Shown here piece after piece: positions 26,107 through 39,925 of a DNA stretch of 64,000 nucleotides. How positions within the stretch are numbered: the first letter of the stretch is position 1; every line of letters begins with the position of its first letter. Source of the DNA: Octopus vulgaris (taxonomy: Eukaryota). A program made the translations under genes and the position numbers. Under the pieces are notes generated by a model that did not search any database, was not told the DNA's origin, and worked only from the letters and a program-made list of their open reading frames with translations. The stretch spans positions 19,158,001-19,222,000 of the forward strand of contig OX597834.1 of NCBI GenBank assembly GCA_951406725.2. The letters are read 5' to 3'.

Positions 26107-26335
26107 CTTCTTTACTACCCACAAGGGGCTAAACACAGAGGGGACAAACAAGGACAGACAAAGGGATTACATCGATTACATCGACCCCAGTGTGTAACTG
26201 GTCCTTAATTTATTGACCCCAAAAGGATGAAAGGCAAAGTTGACCTCGGTGGAATTTGAGCTCAGAACGTAGCGGCAGACGAAATACCGCTAAGCATTTC
26301 TCCCAGCATGCTAACGTTTCTGCCAGCTTGCCACC
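26107..26335 (-). mobile_element. Family-B SINE with 17-bp TSD
   Basis: GATCCCTTCAACACCTG at 26090-26106 and 26337-26353. Confidence 0.9.
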
Positions 26336-26564
26336 TGATCCCTTCAACACCTGACATGTGGTACACCATGAACCTGTTCAGGCTATATCAGTTTGATGGA
26401 GAGAGTGAGCTGACATTCAACACTAACATCTGATCACTACAAACGGATGATTTATTTCCGGTGGTTCAGTAAGAAATTGTACAACTTCCTTTCTTTGACT
26501 ACAAGAGACTACCACCACCTCACATTATATATCATAAAATAAAAAAAAAAGATGGACGTAGAAT

Positions 26565-26730
26565 AGGCATAGGAGTGGCTGTGTGGTAAGTAGCTTGCTT
26601 ACGAACCGCATGGTTCTGGGTTCAGTTCCACTGCCTGCCACCTTGGGCAAGTGTCTTCTACTATAGCCTTGGGCCAACCAAAGCCTTGTGAGTGGATTTG
26701 GTAGATGGAAACTGAAAGAAGACTTGTCAT
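26565..26730 (+). mobile_element. Family-A SINE head
   Basis: Near-identical to 23910-24065. Confidence 0.85.
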
Positions 26731-27273
26731 AACTGGTGGAGCACCAATGTTCCTCTAAAGTTTTCTTGTTTACAAGCTATGATTTTTTGACTGTCCTTTG
26801 CATGAGGTCTTCTGCAGAAGAAAGCCCAAGCTTCTTAGAAGGTTGTACAATCTCTGGAAAAAAAAATGGCTTAGTTTCTAGCTTAAGGCTGTTTGCTGTT
26901 CAATAGACTGGAAGATTATTACTTCATTTGGAAGCATGTGGGTTTGACAACAGAATGCTGTAGAAAAAGTCTATTCCAGTTTACTCTCATTTGATTCATG
27001 CAAGTTCGTTAGAGTGAATATTAGCACACTGATAATTTATGTGCATATGTATGTGTAAAAATATAAATACATATGTATGAGTATATATTTATATATGTGT
27101 GTGTATGCATATATATCTCTGTGTGATTGTATGTGCATATGCATACACAAACATATATATACATACATTTATATACATATACACACACTAACATTTATAG
27201 TTACATATATATATATATGTGTGTGAGTTTCTGTGTGTGTATATATGTATGTATGTATGTATTTATGTTGGTG

Positions 27274-27316
<43 letters not shown>

Positions 27317-27660
27317 ATATATATTTATGGGGGTATAGAGTAGATGCTAAAATGCTTTACAAGCCCAAAGGGATTTCAAAAGGTTTCTGTAAGCTGAAGG
27401 TTTCCATGGTATTAAGCAGATGAGATATCGCAGTAACATCCCCAGATGATCTCTTACTTATTCTTGATAACTACGTGAAGTGCGGCAACATAATCCTAAG
27501 TATTATTGCTAGAAAAATACCAGATCTGATCTCATGACCTATATGCGGGTAGCAAAACACCTTATCCAGTCGGTCATTTTATCTACATGCATACATCCAT
27601 TCATACATATATTATTTTACTGAAGATGTACGAACATATAAGTCTGTATATAAAACCCCT

Positions 27661-27696
<36 letters not shown>

Positions 27697-28180
27697 CTTA
27701 TATATAGTCAATAATAATAAAGGATAAAATTAATTAATTAGTAATTAATAATTTTACCAAGCAGTGTTCAGTATGTAAAAGGACCATTTACGGTAAATTT
27801 AAACATTACTTTATATAATTAGGGTTCAGCGGTAAAGCAAATTTTTTGCTGAACCCTAATCATATATATATATATATATATATATGTATGCTATATAATT
27901 ATATTTGTTGGCCACATTCTATTTTTCTTAAGAAAGAATCTTCTTCAGTGCTTTTTTAAGTATACCATTATTACAATATTGCACTTTGTTTTCCCTCTTG
28001 CATTCAGTTTTATATTGTCGACATCACATTGCTGTTTTTATGTAGCTTCACCCAAATATTTCTCATCGAAAGTGATGCTCAGTTCCAGAAGTATTCCAAT
28101 GACTAGAATTTATTCAAAAACTGCCAAATCCCCAGTTGCTGTTCTTTCTGTGATATTTTGGCAAATATCTATGAAGTATA

Positions 28181-28345
28181 GGCACAGGAGTGGCTGTGTG
28201 GTAAGTAGCTTGCCTACTAGCCACATGGTTCCAGGTTCAGTCCCACTGCATGGCACCTTGGACAAGCATCTTCTACTATAGCCTTAGGCTGACCAAAGCC
28301 TTGTGAATGGATTTGGTAGACAGAAACTGAAAGAAGCCTGTCATA

Positions 28346-28389
<44 letters not shown>

Positions 28390-28608
28390 TGTGTGTGCAT
28401 GCTTGTGTGTCTGTGATTGTCCTCCAACATCGCTTGACAACCGGTGCTGGTGTGTTTACATCCCTGTAACTTAGCAGTTCGGCAAAAGAGACTGATAAAA
28501 TAACTACTAGGGTTACAAAGAATAAGTCCTGGGGTTGATTTGCTCGACTAAAGGCGGTGCTCCAGCATGGCCACAGTCAAATGACTGAAACAAGTAAAAG
28601 AGTAAGAG
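28181..28608 (+). mobile_element. Family-A SINE, full length
   Basis: Colinear with 23910-24320. Confidence 0.9.
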
Positions 28609-28751
28609 AACCTCTAAAGGGGACGTATATCAGGTTGTTCCAAGTTTCTTTCTCTTTCTCTGATTACTAGTCTGTGTTGGATTAACCATTAAGCAAAATA
28701 AGCATGTGCTTAGGGCATGAAGGGAAGAGAGTGGGCACTGGTTAAAGAATA

Positions 28752-29080
28752 AGGACTCCCTTTGGTCATGAATAGCCATGAAATTGCACCTAGAAAGTTA
28801 CCTTCCGAGGCACAAATCTGGGCAAGGTTGTTTATGGAAGATCAGCAGTCGCCCATGCATACCAGTCTCGCCTCTCCACACCACTGATGTTATCCAAGGG
28901 AAAGGCAAACATTGATACAGCTTGGCACCAGTGATGCCACAACTCATTTCTACAGCTGAGTGAACTGGAGCAATGTGAAATAAAGTGTCTTGCTCAAGAA
29001 GACACCATATAGCCCAGTCAGGGAATTGAACTCACAACCTCATGATTATGAACCTGATTATCTAACCACTGAGCCATGCT
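28752..29080 (-). mobile_element. Family-E tRNA-derived SINE
   Basis: Minus-strand head GCATGGCTCAGTGGTTAGA...GAGTTCAATTCCC; body shared with 42163-42430. Confidence 0.8.
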
Positions 29081-29119
29081 CCACAAAAATGGCTTATGAC
29101 ACAAAAGAAATCACTTTAA

Positions 29120-29336
29120 CCCTTTAGCATTTAAACCGGCCATATCCGGCCAAAAGTATTCTGCCTGTTTTATGTTCAAACTAGCCAGATCTGGTCTCTC
29201 ACACCAACCCTACAATATCATCTTAAAAATGAACAGCTACCGCATCAAAATCTCATAGCTACAAGATTAATGCATGATTAGTTCAAAACAATGTGGATAA
29301 AGAAGCATTAATTTTGGCAGAATAATGTGAACGCTA
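29120..29336. mobile_element. piggyBac-like MITE, right end damaged
   Basis: TTAA|CCCTTTAGCATTTAAACC start; colinear with 39009-39229. Confidence 0.75.
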
Positions 29337-30798
29337 ATAATGTGAACACTTGTTAAAATAATATTTGGGATGCTTTATCTCTAAGTAAAGAAGCTGATGT
29401 GTTGCATAAGATTAGTTTTAAGGATCTGATCAAAGATTTTGCAATTCAAAAAATGTAGGAGAAAACTTTTCAAATATGAATAAAGTGGAAGTATACAGAT
29501 ATAAACATAATTTTCCATTTTACTGTTAATTTTGTTTAATTTTGAAAAATAGTATATTTTATGGTTTATTATTGTTTATATTTTGAATTACGTATATGGG
29601 GACTCCAAAATCTTTTAAGTGCTTAGGGCCTGTATGGATCTAAAAATCCATCCCTGATGCTAGTCTTCAATATACATAACTTACACACACACATGCACAT
29701 ACACACACACACAACAGGTTTCCAAACAATTTTTGTCTACCAAATTTACTCACAAGGCATTGGTTGGCCAGATGCTGCACAGTGGGACTGAACCTGGAAC
29801 AACATGGTTGCAAACTAAACTTCTTAACCACACAGCCACGCCTGAACGTGTACATAGGTGAAAGATATATGCATCACTGAGAAACAAACCAATACATCGA
29901 GCAAAAATAACTTGTGGTATTTATTCTACAAATACTCCTTTGTCGTTCTTAACAATGGAAATGAAGTGAACAAGTGATTGGTCAGTTGGAAATCCATAAC
30001 TGCCAATGAAATTGCTCATAAAAAAATACTTGATGTAAAAGAATCAAAATAGTTTTAATAAAACTCTGGCAGTTCTTTTGTTCTAACAACAATACATTGG
30101 CTATTTGTTTAATTAATTCTAAATATAATTAAGAATTTGAAAGGAGTTTAGTAAAATTACTTTACAATTATTAATCACTGTTCTTGTTTAACCTCAGTCA
30201 AGCAGATATATGGCTGAAGGCGTTCCAACTGAGCCCATCCCACTTCGTTGAAATCATGTGTTGTCATGCATGTAATAATGAGAGTTCAGTTATGATTTTT
30301 AATTTAAATTTGAGTACTTCAATAATGGTTGTTGAAGAGTGGGGTGGTAACATGCCACCAAAGTAAGATATTTGCATGGAATGATATTGGAAAGGTTATC
30401 TTGACTTCATTGAGAGACACAGAAAGAGATTTGTTTTATAGATTTTTGGTAACTGATGGAAGATGTCGTGTTGGCTGAAAGCACATGATGGAATTTGTCA
30501 TTAGTTGTGGAAAAATTTGATTGGCTAAACGGAAAATTACACACATATGTAATACTAAAGAAATAGAGAAAACTAAGATTTAATTAATTAATTAGTTATT
30601 TAATTAATTATTTAATTAACTTGTTATTTCCAATATCTAATTGGTTACTGAACAAAATTCAATATATTCAAGATTGGTATATTTTATATATGTATTTTGG
30701 TAAATTTTTCTTTTCTTATGGAAGATCAGGGTAAGGATGGTAAAATTTAGGAGGGCAACTGAAGTTGAATTTTTAGGGGACGTTTTAATGCTGTAACC

Positions 30799-31556
30799 CA
30801 GTGTTTCTCAACCATTTTTTACCTGTGGACCTTTTTGATTCTTATTTTACTTTTAGGGATTTCCTATAGCCATTAGATGTTAAAAAACTCCCATTATATT
30901 TTTATAATTAGATCTCTTCCTGTCAGGTGTCCCAGATGAACCAACTTCATGGCAGGAGGTGCAGATGAGGGCAGCTGCATTGAACTCACTCATGCACCAA
31001 ATGGCAATTGCTAAAAAGCATTTTTGAAGTAAAATCATGTAGCAACACCAAATTGCAGTGCCGCAGTATGGCCAGAGTTCGTGAGCTGAAACTAGATAAA
31101 ATAAAATAAAATAAAATAAATAGATTAGGAAACGTATAAAGTTAGCTAATTCTGACAGATCAGTGGCTGTGTGTCACTTGTTTGTTTCTATATTGCGAAC
31201 TGGGATGAACAACTGCCATGTCTAGCAGACAGGTATAACCAGTGCCGAAGAAGAGTAGCACCCAGAAACCAGTCGGTCTGTTGGTTCCTGTCAATGCTGG
31301 ATGCGAGTTGTTTATTCCCTTGTTTGCAGTGTAACAGACACAGATAGTGTGTCATTAAAAAAGAGTAATAGCAGTGTTCTATACGGAACGACCTCTTTGA
31401 GGTGGGAACAACCATTCGTTATGAAAAAATTGCTGAAATATTCTGTGTATTGTAGAAATATAGCCAATTTATTGCAGATAAATCATAACAACAAAATCTT
31501 ATGTGGACCCACCCATCCCCTACAAGAGCCATATGGACCCCTGTTGAGAATCACTG
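30799..31556. mobile_element. hAT (Buster/Charlie-type) MITE with 8-bp TSD
   Basis: TIRs CAGTGTTTCTCAAC / GTTGAGAATCACTG; flanks CTGTAACC / CTGTAACT with central TA. Confidence 0.85.
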
Positions 31557-31714
31557 CTGTAACTGATGAATAGATCAATATGATAGTTATTTTACAATGA
31601 TGCTGAGATGAGGAGGCCATAAAGGTGGAAACAAAATAATTGTTATGAAAAGACAGCTTATTGGTAATTATGTTGTAGTGGTGGTGGTGGTGATGGTATT
31701 AGAGATGTTGGTGC

Positions 31715-31998
31715 TACACTGGACTGGCTACTGTGCAGGTGGCATGCAAAAAACACCATTTGAGTGTGGCCATTGCCAGTACTGCCTGACTTGCCTTTGT
31801 GCTGGTGGCATGTAAAAGTACCCACTACACTCTCAGAGTGGTTGGCATTAGGAAGGGCATCCAGCTGTAGAAACTCTTCCAGATCAAGATTAGAGCCTGG
31901 TGCAGCCATCTAGTTCGCCAGTCCTCAGTCAAATCATCCAACCCATGCTAGCATGGAAAGCGGACATTAAACGATGATGATGATGATGATGATGATGA
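31715..31998 (+). mobile_element. Family-C element
   Basis: GGTTGGCATTAGGAAGGGCATCCAGCTGTAGAAAC...CCATGCTAGCATGGAAAGCGGAC..(ATG)n. Confidence 0.8.
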
Positions 31999-32279
31999 TT
32001 TTGTCCGAATAAGGTGGTGAGTTTACAGAATCATTTGTACACTAGACAAAATACTTTATGTTCTGAGTTCAAATTCCACCAAGGTTAACTTTGTTCTTCA
32101 CCCTTTCTGTGTTGGTAAAATAACTACCAGCCATGTACTTGTATAACATGTAACTGACTAACACCCTCCCCTCAAAATCTGAAGGCCACGTGCGAGAATT
32201 TGAAACTGTTATTCTGTGCTAATATTTTCTGGTGATATTAGAACTGTTTTCTTTTTTATATTTTTTCAATTAGCTGGGA

Positions 32280-32430
32280 CTGGAGGGAGGGGTAGGAAAG
32301 TATCCATGGTCTTGGCAGATCCTCTGATACAGATGAGACTGACGTTGTTAATGCTCTATTTAAGTTGTTGGAAGTTGATACCTGCAGGATAAGCATAACA
32401 GGGGAGGGCATTCCAGGGATCCTGCTCTGA
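32280..32430 (-). mobile_element. Possible CR1/Jockey-group LINE 3' remnant
   Basis: Minus strand reads WNALPCYAYPAGINFQQLK*SIN, resembling the WN.LP...F.......FK..IN C-terminus. Confidence 0.4.
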
Positions 32431-32996
32431 TGGGATTCTATCCTTGTACATCTTTCATAAAGTTGTTGACTTAGAGCAATTTAAGCAGGACGTTAATAGC
32501 ATCAACGTTAGAAAAGACCTGTGAAGAACACAAGAACGTCATCTTGTTATAGATCAGAGATGGGGAACCTTTTTGTGCGTGAAGGCCACCCTACAATTCA
32601 TCATCCTTCATAGAGGCTGCATTGAACAAATTATTTTCTTTTTTTATGTTGTTTTATCCCCTAAATAATTTATCAATAATCTAATGAAAGACAGATGTGT
32701 AGAAATGGTGAGCATGACTTTTATTTAAGTACTCAATAATAAATCTCTGAACGAGATGTAAACAGTAACTGCACACCATAAGTGCACAGAAAGTGTGCCT
32801 ATAGCCAGCTGGAGACGATGTTCTCCTGGGGCTACAAGCTACAGTAACACCCACCCTTAGTGGTTAGCCATATTGAGATGGATAGTATACCCCACATATT
32901 TAAGTACTTTTATACAAATAATAAGTAAATGAGTAATATTGAAAGCAAGCCATTTCCAAATATTTTATTTGGGCAATTAAGAACTATTTACACTAA

Positions 32997-34718
32997 TTAA
33001 TGACTTCTTTGAATTTGCTTTTTTCAAGAAAGCAATTTGATATCAGGCTTTAACATGGCGCTTCCTAGTTTCAATTGGTCCCCCAAATGCTTATCTATCA
33101 ATTGCATTCTCAGTGAATTCTTGACTTGCGTCAAGTACAGGAATGTGGATTCACAAGAGTATGTTGAAGAAAAGCAGGTAATTAGTCGCTGTGCATGTTC
33201 ACAAAGATGAAGATATTCTACCACGTTTTTCTAAATTTCAATTGGATTTTCCCTTTTGTCAAACAGAGATTTCAGGATATTATCTTTAGACATTTCAATA
33301 AGCTTCATTTGTAACTCTTCAGGAGCCTCTGAAACATCGACTAAGTGAAGCTGAAAGCAAGTTTCAGGGTGGTGTTATGTTTTCCAAAATCATTGAATCT
33401 TTTATTATATTCTTTTTTTTTTAAGAGTCTAAAACTGACTCGTATTCTTCAAAAGACTCATAGATATCTTCTTCATTTTCACTCATTACCTGCGTAAGCT
33501 GAGGAAAGTGTTCTTCCGAAAGTTTTGATTGAGCCAATAGGAACTTGTAAAAAGACAATTGTTTTCTAAATGCCCAACTTTTTTGGCCACATATCATAAA
33601 TACATTTATTTTTGCCTTGCAATGAAATGTTTTACTCGTTTTGTTTCGACATCGCATCACATAAAAATGCAACATCTCTGTAAAAATTCGTATCTGATAA
33701 ATCCCAATGTTCATTGTTTTTTCTTTGAAAAAGTCAATTATTTGCCTTCGTAAAAACAAAATTTTGACCAATACTTTCCCTTGTGACAACCAGCGTAATT
33801 TTAAAACATGCAATAAATTCTTCATTTTCAGCCATCATAGCTGAGCCACAATCCGGGCACACACTTAACAAATTAGCAAAACCTAGTTTTCATGACATTT
33901 CTCTTTGAAGTTGTGAAAAATTTCTATCCCTCACGTCCTTCCTTTAAGGATGCCCAAAGCAAATACTTCTTCATTTAATTGAAAATCATCAGTTATAGCA
34001 CGAATAAAATACAATACCTGTTCTGAATCTGTGAAATCTGTCAATTCATCCAAAGCTCTTGAGCAATATACATTTTCTTTTTGAATTATATTTTTCAAGT
34101 GCTCTGTTACATTACAGACCAATTCATGCTGTCGATCTGTATTAGTCCTTCTTAAAAGAAGCAGCTCTTTATATTTATTAACTTTATAGGGATCTATACA
34201 TCCTACCACTTCTAAAATACATTTCTTTATGAGTTCTGCATCGCTGAATGGCTTACGTTTTTTCCCAAGCAAATCTGCAACTTTATAGCTGGCTTCTGCT
34301 GCAGCATTCCCTTGATGCAACACAGACTGGAAAAATTGTCTTTGCTTTTGTTTTCTATCTTTCAATTTCTGCACTGCTATCTTTCGAGACTCACCCTCTA
34401 ATTTGGTATAGTTATTGTCTTTATGAAGAAGCATAATGTTGCTGTGCATTGAATTTCTTAACCGCTACAGTTGCGGTATCACAAAACAAGCAAGGTGTTT
34501 TGCATCTGCTATTGACCAAAAAAATTTTCTTTTCTACTCTAGGTACAAGACCCGAAATTTTGCGGGAGGGAGTCAGTCGATTAGATTGACCCCAGTATGC
34601 TACTGGTACTTAATTTATCGACCCCAAAAGGATGAAAGGCAAAGTCGATCTTGCAATTCCCATCCTTCATTGAAAATCCTGTTTCGTCTTTCAAAGTTCA
34701 TTTTAATTTTGTTGACAT
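32997..34718 (-). pseudogene. hAT transposase pseudogene (GTF2IRD2/SPIN-like)
   Basis: ENRIFNEGWE, CLFC..KKFNAQQHY, KPFSDAELIKKC, ALDELTDFTDSEQVLYFIR, SVCPDCGSAM, RWLSQGKVL, FSSTYSCESTF..KNSLR.QL.DKHL; frameshifts, stops, SINE insertion. Confidence 0.9.
34525..34649 (-). mobile_element. 5'-truncated family-B-related SINE inside the transposase
   Basis: ACTGGTACTTAATTTATCGACCCCAAAAGGATGAAAGGCAAAGTCGA. Confidence 0.8.
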
Positions 34719-36569
34719 AATTATGGCTTAAAAAGAAATGTATTTATTCTGAAAAACCATAAAAAATAAAAGTTTAATAATAAATTAGTAAACCTGGCCG
34801 CCCACTGGTCCAAATACAACAGCCTTAGACAAGACATGATTAACTAGCATCTAAAACCATGTTTTTGGTTTTGACTTTAGCAATTGTTCCTACAATTCAA
34901 GACTGAACAATACCTAGATTAGCAATATATTTTTTTTCCTGTAATTAGTGCTATTATTTATCATTATCTAATTGTTGCAGAAATAATGTCAAATATCGAT
35001 GATTTCCAAAATTCCAAGAACATAGTTTTGGATACTGATTGATAGTGTCTTGCCAAAGACCGTTTTACCTGAAGCAGTGTGTAGCTGGCTTAACAGAGTA
35101 GCAATGAATACGATCACTGTATCACTTACCAAGTCTCAATGATAAAAAACAAGTCTGTAAATTTAATGCACGCACTGATGGATTTGTGGTTTCAAATAAG
35201 GCTATAACTAATTCAGTCTCACAAAACAAGTCAGTAAGAAGCTGGCTACGACTATGCAATTACTAAGTAAAGTACGTAGCGCAGAGCACAATGAAAAGGT
35301 GGACGAAACAGGAACTCTTTGTGTATCATACATGAAGTCACTTATTCCTACTAGGCTACTGTAGCTGACAAGGAATTGTTACCTTTATATATTTGTTGCT
35401 TTGAGTTTAAATTCATTGGGGTCAAAGAAAAATGCTTCCAATCTCTGGGAGTGACATCACTAAACACAGTTAACTTTCCTTTTGTCTATGTGTGTGTGTA
35501 TTGTTAGTTTAGGGCAAGTAATGATTTTAGACAAAAAAATGTTCAATGTCAAAATAGAAAGTAAATATACCTACGCTCACAGACGGCCGCACTTGATGGC
35601 CAGGAAGCTGCATGTGCCTATAAGGCTGCAGGCTTCCCATCTCTGTTCTAAATCAAACATCATATAGAGGTTTTCAGTTGGCTGACAATTATTTGAGATA
35701 AACCAGCATTTGACCTCATTGGTACTAATGCCTTGATATTGTCCTTAGTTCTAGGAGACAAAAATTTCTTTTAAAATGTTTATCGTTGGTCAATTTTGAC
35801 AATGCACCAGTATTTATATGTGTAAGGCTGCACAAGGCTGTTTTGTGAGATGACCATTCACAAGGCCTCCTAGATTGGTGGAAAGGAGTGAAGGAGGAAG
35901 TTATCCTCAGACTGGACACTTGTGCCTGAATGTTTGCAACATGGTCAGATCTGCTAGAATCAGGTGGTTGTTCTAAACTGCTAGTTGACAAAGTAATTCT
36001 ACTTCCCCGGTAAGCTAAGGTGGGATTTGAGCTTTGAATATAAAAAGCTGGAACAAATATGACTGCTAATCCATCACTCTGGCTTGGTACCTTTTAAAGG
36101 ATCTGTAAGAGATGTAAAGCATAAATGACCTTCACAGCATTTGAACTCAGAACAAAGGGAACTGGAACAAACACTACGAAGCATTCTACTGACTCTGCCA
36201 ATTTCGGTGGATTCCTTAGAGTGTTAGATACAAGTAGTGTATCTGTTTTGGTTATTAACACCTTCTCTGAGAAAAACAAAATTATTTTTGGCCCTAAACG
36301 AAAGAGCTTGATATTCTAACTCCAATATGTTACTGCAATATAATTTTAAGAACTTTGTATCTTACATCTAAGTACTAGGGAGTTTCCTTCCAAAATAAGT
36401 ATTTTGTATCTGTTTTTTCTATGCACACACACACACACATGACTGTGTGTGTGTATATATATGTATATGCATGTGTATGTATATAAAATATCTCTAAGTC
36501 CTTTGTTTCCTTGTGTGTGTGTGTGTATTTGAATCTGCATGTGTGTTTGTGTGTGTGTGTGTGCACATA

Positions 36570-36624
<55 letters not shown>

Positions 36625-37267
36625 ACAAATACATACACACATATATATATATATGTGTGTTTCCTTTGTACTTATCCATTTCCTTAGATTCCTCTGAATT
36701 GCTTTATAACAATTCTCGAATCTCTTAGATTTTCTTCAGCATCTAATAATGTTAACAAGCGTTCATCGATTGTTAGCTATCTATATACAGTGATTTGATT
36801 TTCTGAGCTTCTGCTAGAGCTTCTTTCTGCCTGTTTCCATTCCAAAGCAGGATTTCTATGCTTCAGTTTCCAGTAATTTAAGAAGCTCCAATATTTCTAA
36901 TTCAATCTAAATGCCCAGTTAATCTATGTCTTCTGGAGATATCTGGCTTCAGTTATTCACAAATACTGTCATTGTTTAGATTCTTAGATTTTTCTACAAG
37001 AAACACCCTACCTGCTGATTTAATTTGTTTTCATCTTACCCATTCACAAATTATGCAAAATCCATATTCGCAATATTTCTTATAAAATTTGCATATTTCT
37101 TCTTTTTCATTAGTAATTTCATCATTCTCTTCTATTTTTGCTTCAAATAAAAAAAAAAAAAAAATCTTTAAATTTTCCGTTTTTCTTATTTAAAAAAGAA
37201 AATTATTTCATTACCATTTGACAAGAAGGATGGAATGGTTGATAAAGAATATGTATCAGCTCGCTTT

Positions 37268-37430
37268 AGGTGCAGGCGTGGCTCTATAGTAAGAAGTTTG
37301 CTTCCCAACCACATAGTTCTAGGTTCAATCCCACTGCATGGTACTTTGGGAAAGTGTCTTCTACTACAACCCTGGGCTGACAAAAGCCTTATGAGTGGAT
37401 TTGGTTGATAGAAACTGAAATAAGTTTGTT
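37268..37430 (+). mobile_element. Family-A SINE head, decayed
   Basis: AGGTTCAATCCCACTGCATGGTACTTTGGGAAAGTGTCTTCTAC. Confidence 0.7.
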
Positions 37431-37605
37431 GTATGTATGCATGTGTGTGTATGTGTTGACATTTTGTGATGGTTGTAAATGAGTGTCACTGCCACTACCA
37501 AACAATCAGTGTCATACCATTTCCAATACTGCCTGGTTTGAATACCAAAGGGTTAAATTCGTTAAGAGTTGATCAATTTTCTTTATTACCACTGATATCT
37601 TAAAT

Positions 37606-37911
37606 TAAGTTAAGTTAATTTTTTGGCTCAAAAAGCGAAAAGCAAGGCCATGTAGGGGAATATGGAGTTATGTACAGGGAGGGTGTTCATGCAAACAGTT
37701 CAGGCCATTTCTGGTCAAGAGAGACTTTGAACCGAGCGGTCGTCGGCATCTTCACTATCTCGTCTGGCAGCTTATTCCACGGATCCGCAACCCGGATGGA
37801 GAAAGCCCTTCTCCTTCGATTGAGTTGAAATCGTCGCAGATAGAGCTTTTTGGAGTGAACCCACAGCCAATGCTCTGGAGCAGGAGTGAAGAACAGCTCT
37901 TTCGAGAACAC
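37606..37911 (-). mobile_element. CR1-group LINE 3' end (5'-truncated)
   Basis: ORF VHSKKL..RRRAFSIRVADPWNKLPDEIV..TTARFKVSLD matches the CR1/L2 RT C-terminus; short 3'UTR and (TTAAC)n tail. Confidence 0.85.
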
Positions 37912-38701
37912 TCTTTAAGTGTATTTTGCTTGGAAACAGGTGAGAACGGGCAACAAGGAAGGCATCAGGTCATAGAAAATTTGTCTCAAATAAAGTCTAG
38001 AAGCATAGATTTGTGCATTTCAAATAATGATGATGATGCTGCTACAAGCTCAAACCCTGCTCTGGGAGACATCATCATCATCGTCCGCTTTCCAAGCTGG
38101 CATGGGTTGGACAGGTTGACTGAGGACTAGCAAGCCAGAAAGCTGTACCAGGGTCAACAAATTTTTACACAAAGACTAAACAGAAAATTTTAGAGGTGAG
38201 ACAGCTGAATTGGTAAGGCATTGGTATTGTCTGACTCGAGGCTGTGGAATCATACTCTTGTATTTCTGGGACAGAACACTTTATTTTACATTGCCTTACT
38301 CCATCCAGTTATGTAAGTGATGGATAACACAGTGGAGTGGAAATTTATTTCGTCTGCTGTGTGTCATGAAATTCAATGTAAGCATCATCATCCGAAAAAC
38401 TTTTCAGTAACCCTTCACATATATTTTTCTCTCCATCTGAATCCACACGAAGAAGAGTGACATGCCTGTTTTCTGTGGTTGGTCTGTATTTCATCAGAGA
38501 TCAATTATTTATTTTCTCAACCACAAATAGATGCTTTAAACTATTCATAGTATACTCAAATAAATTTTAAAACAAAATAGGAAATATAAGGAACAAGTCA
38601 AAAGGGAACATGATGTTTAGCCACATTATCAGTTTGAGTTTAGTTACACCACACATCCACATCAGTGGTAATAAAGAAAATTAATAAACCCCATAATGAA
38701 T

Positions 38702-38901
38702 TTAACTCTTTGCCATGTAAACCAGGTATATCCAACCTGTTTTTTGTTCAAACTGATCAGATCCAGACTCTCACACCTACCCTCAAAGTCATTTTAAAGA
38801 TAAACAATCACATCATCGAAATCTTGAGGCTCTGAGGTAATCACGATTAATTCAAAACAATTTGAATAAGGATTACATTTGACAGAGTAATCTGAATGCT
38901 G
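38702..38901. mobile_element. piggyBac-like MITE, decayed
   Basis: Colinear with 39009-39229. Confidence 0.65.
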
Positions 38902-39008
38902 AACAGACAAGCTGTAGCCACCCTGGAAAAGAATCCATTTGTACCATCACCACTGCAAACCATTAACTTGGATGTACTACTACATGTACTACATGTGTAA
39001 CTCTTTAA

Positions 39009-39229
39009 CCCTTTAGCATTTAAACCAGCCCATATCTGGCCCAAATATTCTACCAGTTTTATGTTCTGACTGGCCATATCTGGTCTCACACACCTACCCA
39101 ATAATGCCATACTAAAAATAAGGAATCACATTATCAAAACCTCAAAGCTACGAGATAACGCATGATTAATTCAAAACAATGTGAATAAGCAAGCATTGCA
39201 TTTGACGGAATAATCTGAAAGCTAAAAGG
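39009..39229. mobile_element. piggyBac-like MITE with TTAA TSD
   Basis: TTAA|CCCTTTAGCATT ... AAAGCTAAAAGG|TTAA. Confidence 0.85.
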
Positions 39230-39925
39230 TTAACTGACCAGATAACCTATCAAAATATGTTTGGTAAACTTACTGCTAAGAGAAATCACCAGAGTAGAAT
39301 ATAGAGATGTTTTGTTTCTCAGCTGAAAATTGATGTGTTTGAAACCCCTACTCACAAACCAAATGCTTTGTCCTTGAGCTGTGCAAACACCTTTCCTATT
39401 CTGATATGTTTTTTTTTTGTGGCAGAACAGCTGAGACTAAAGAAAGAACTTAATAATGGAGCCCCATGCCAGCTATTTAAATTCACTTGTGAGTTGAGAA
39501 GTTTACAAAACTGTGAAGAAATCCTTTGGTGGGAAAAATAAAATCAATGGAAGCCCCAGTCTGAAGTTTACTTCATTAGATTTAGATTAGTTTCTTGTTA
39601 AAAATAAGATTAACTTTTATTGTATTTTAGATTAGGAACAAGAACCAGTACCTGTAACCCTTTCAAGCTGGGACGTTGAGTGATATTTTGTAAGCAGGGA
39701 ATGATGTTTCTTTGGGTGCCACTTGTCAGAAATGTATGGCACTTTGTCTTTAACCTCTGAACCCGGAACCAATGAACTGGCTGACATCCCTTCCATAGGC
39801 CTTGATTTGAAGTCATCATAGAGTAGTCAGGTCTATTTTGCTGTTCAGTTTCAGCATCTGCCAGTTGTAACTTCTACCATGGCTTGTGTATTCTAGTGAA
39901 TGTGGATATATGGGCAGTGATTTAA

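Larger units (their letters stand above)
28672..29656 (+). mobile_element. hAT deletion derivative carrying a nested SINE and MITE
   Basis: Degenerate TIRs CTGTGTTGGATT / AATCCATCCCTG; flanks TTACTAGT/ATGCTAGT (6/8); LSLSKEADVLHKISFKDLIKDFAIQK resembles a hAT transposase C-terminus. Confidence 0.6.
32555..35645 (-). mobile_element. Buster/SPIN-type hAT DNA transposon with both termini
   Basis: TIRs CAGAGATGGGGAACCT / AGGCTTCCCATCTCTG; 8-bp flanks TTATAGAT / TTCTAAAT with central TA; internal transposase remnant. Confidence 0.88.

Noticed and set aside
32997-34718. Functional domesticated GTF2IRD2-like gene
   Set aside because: Frameshifts, stops, a deletion, a SINE insertion and retained TIRs indicate a dead transposon
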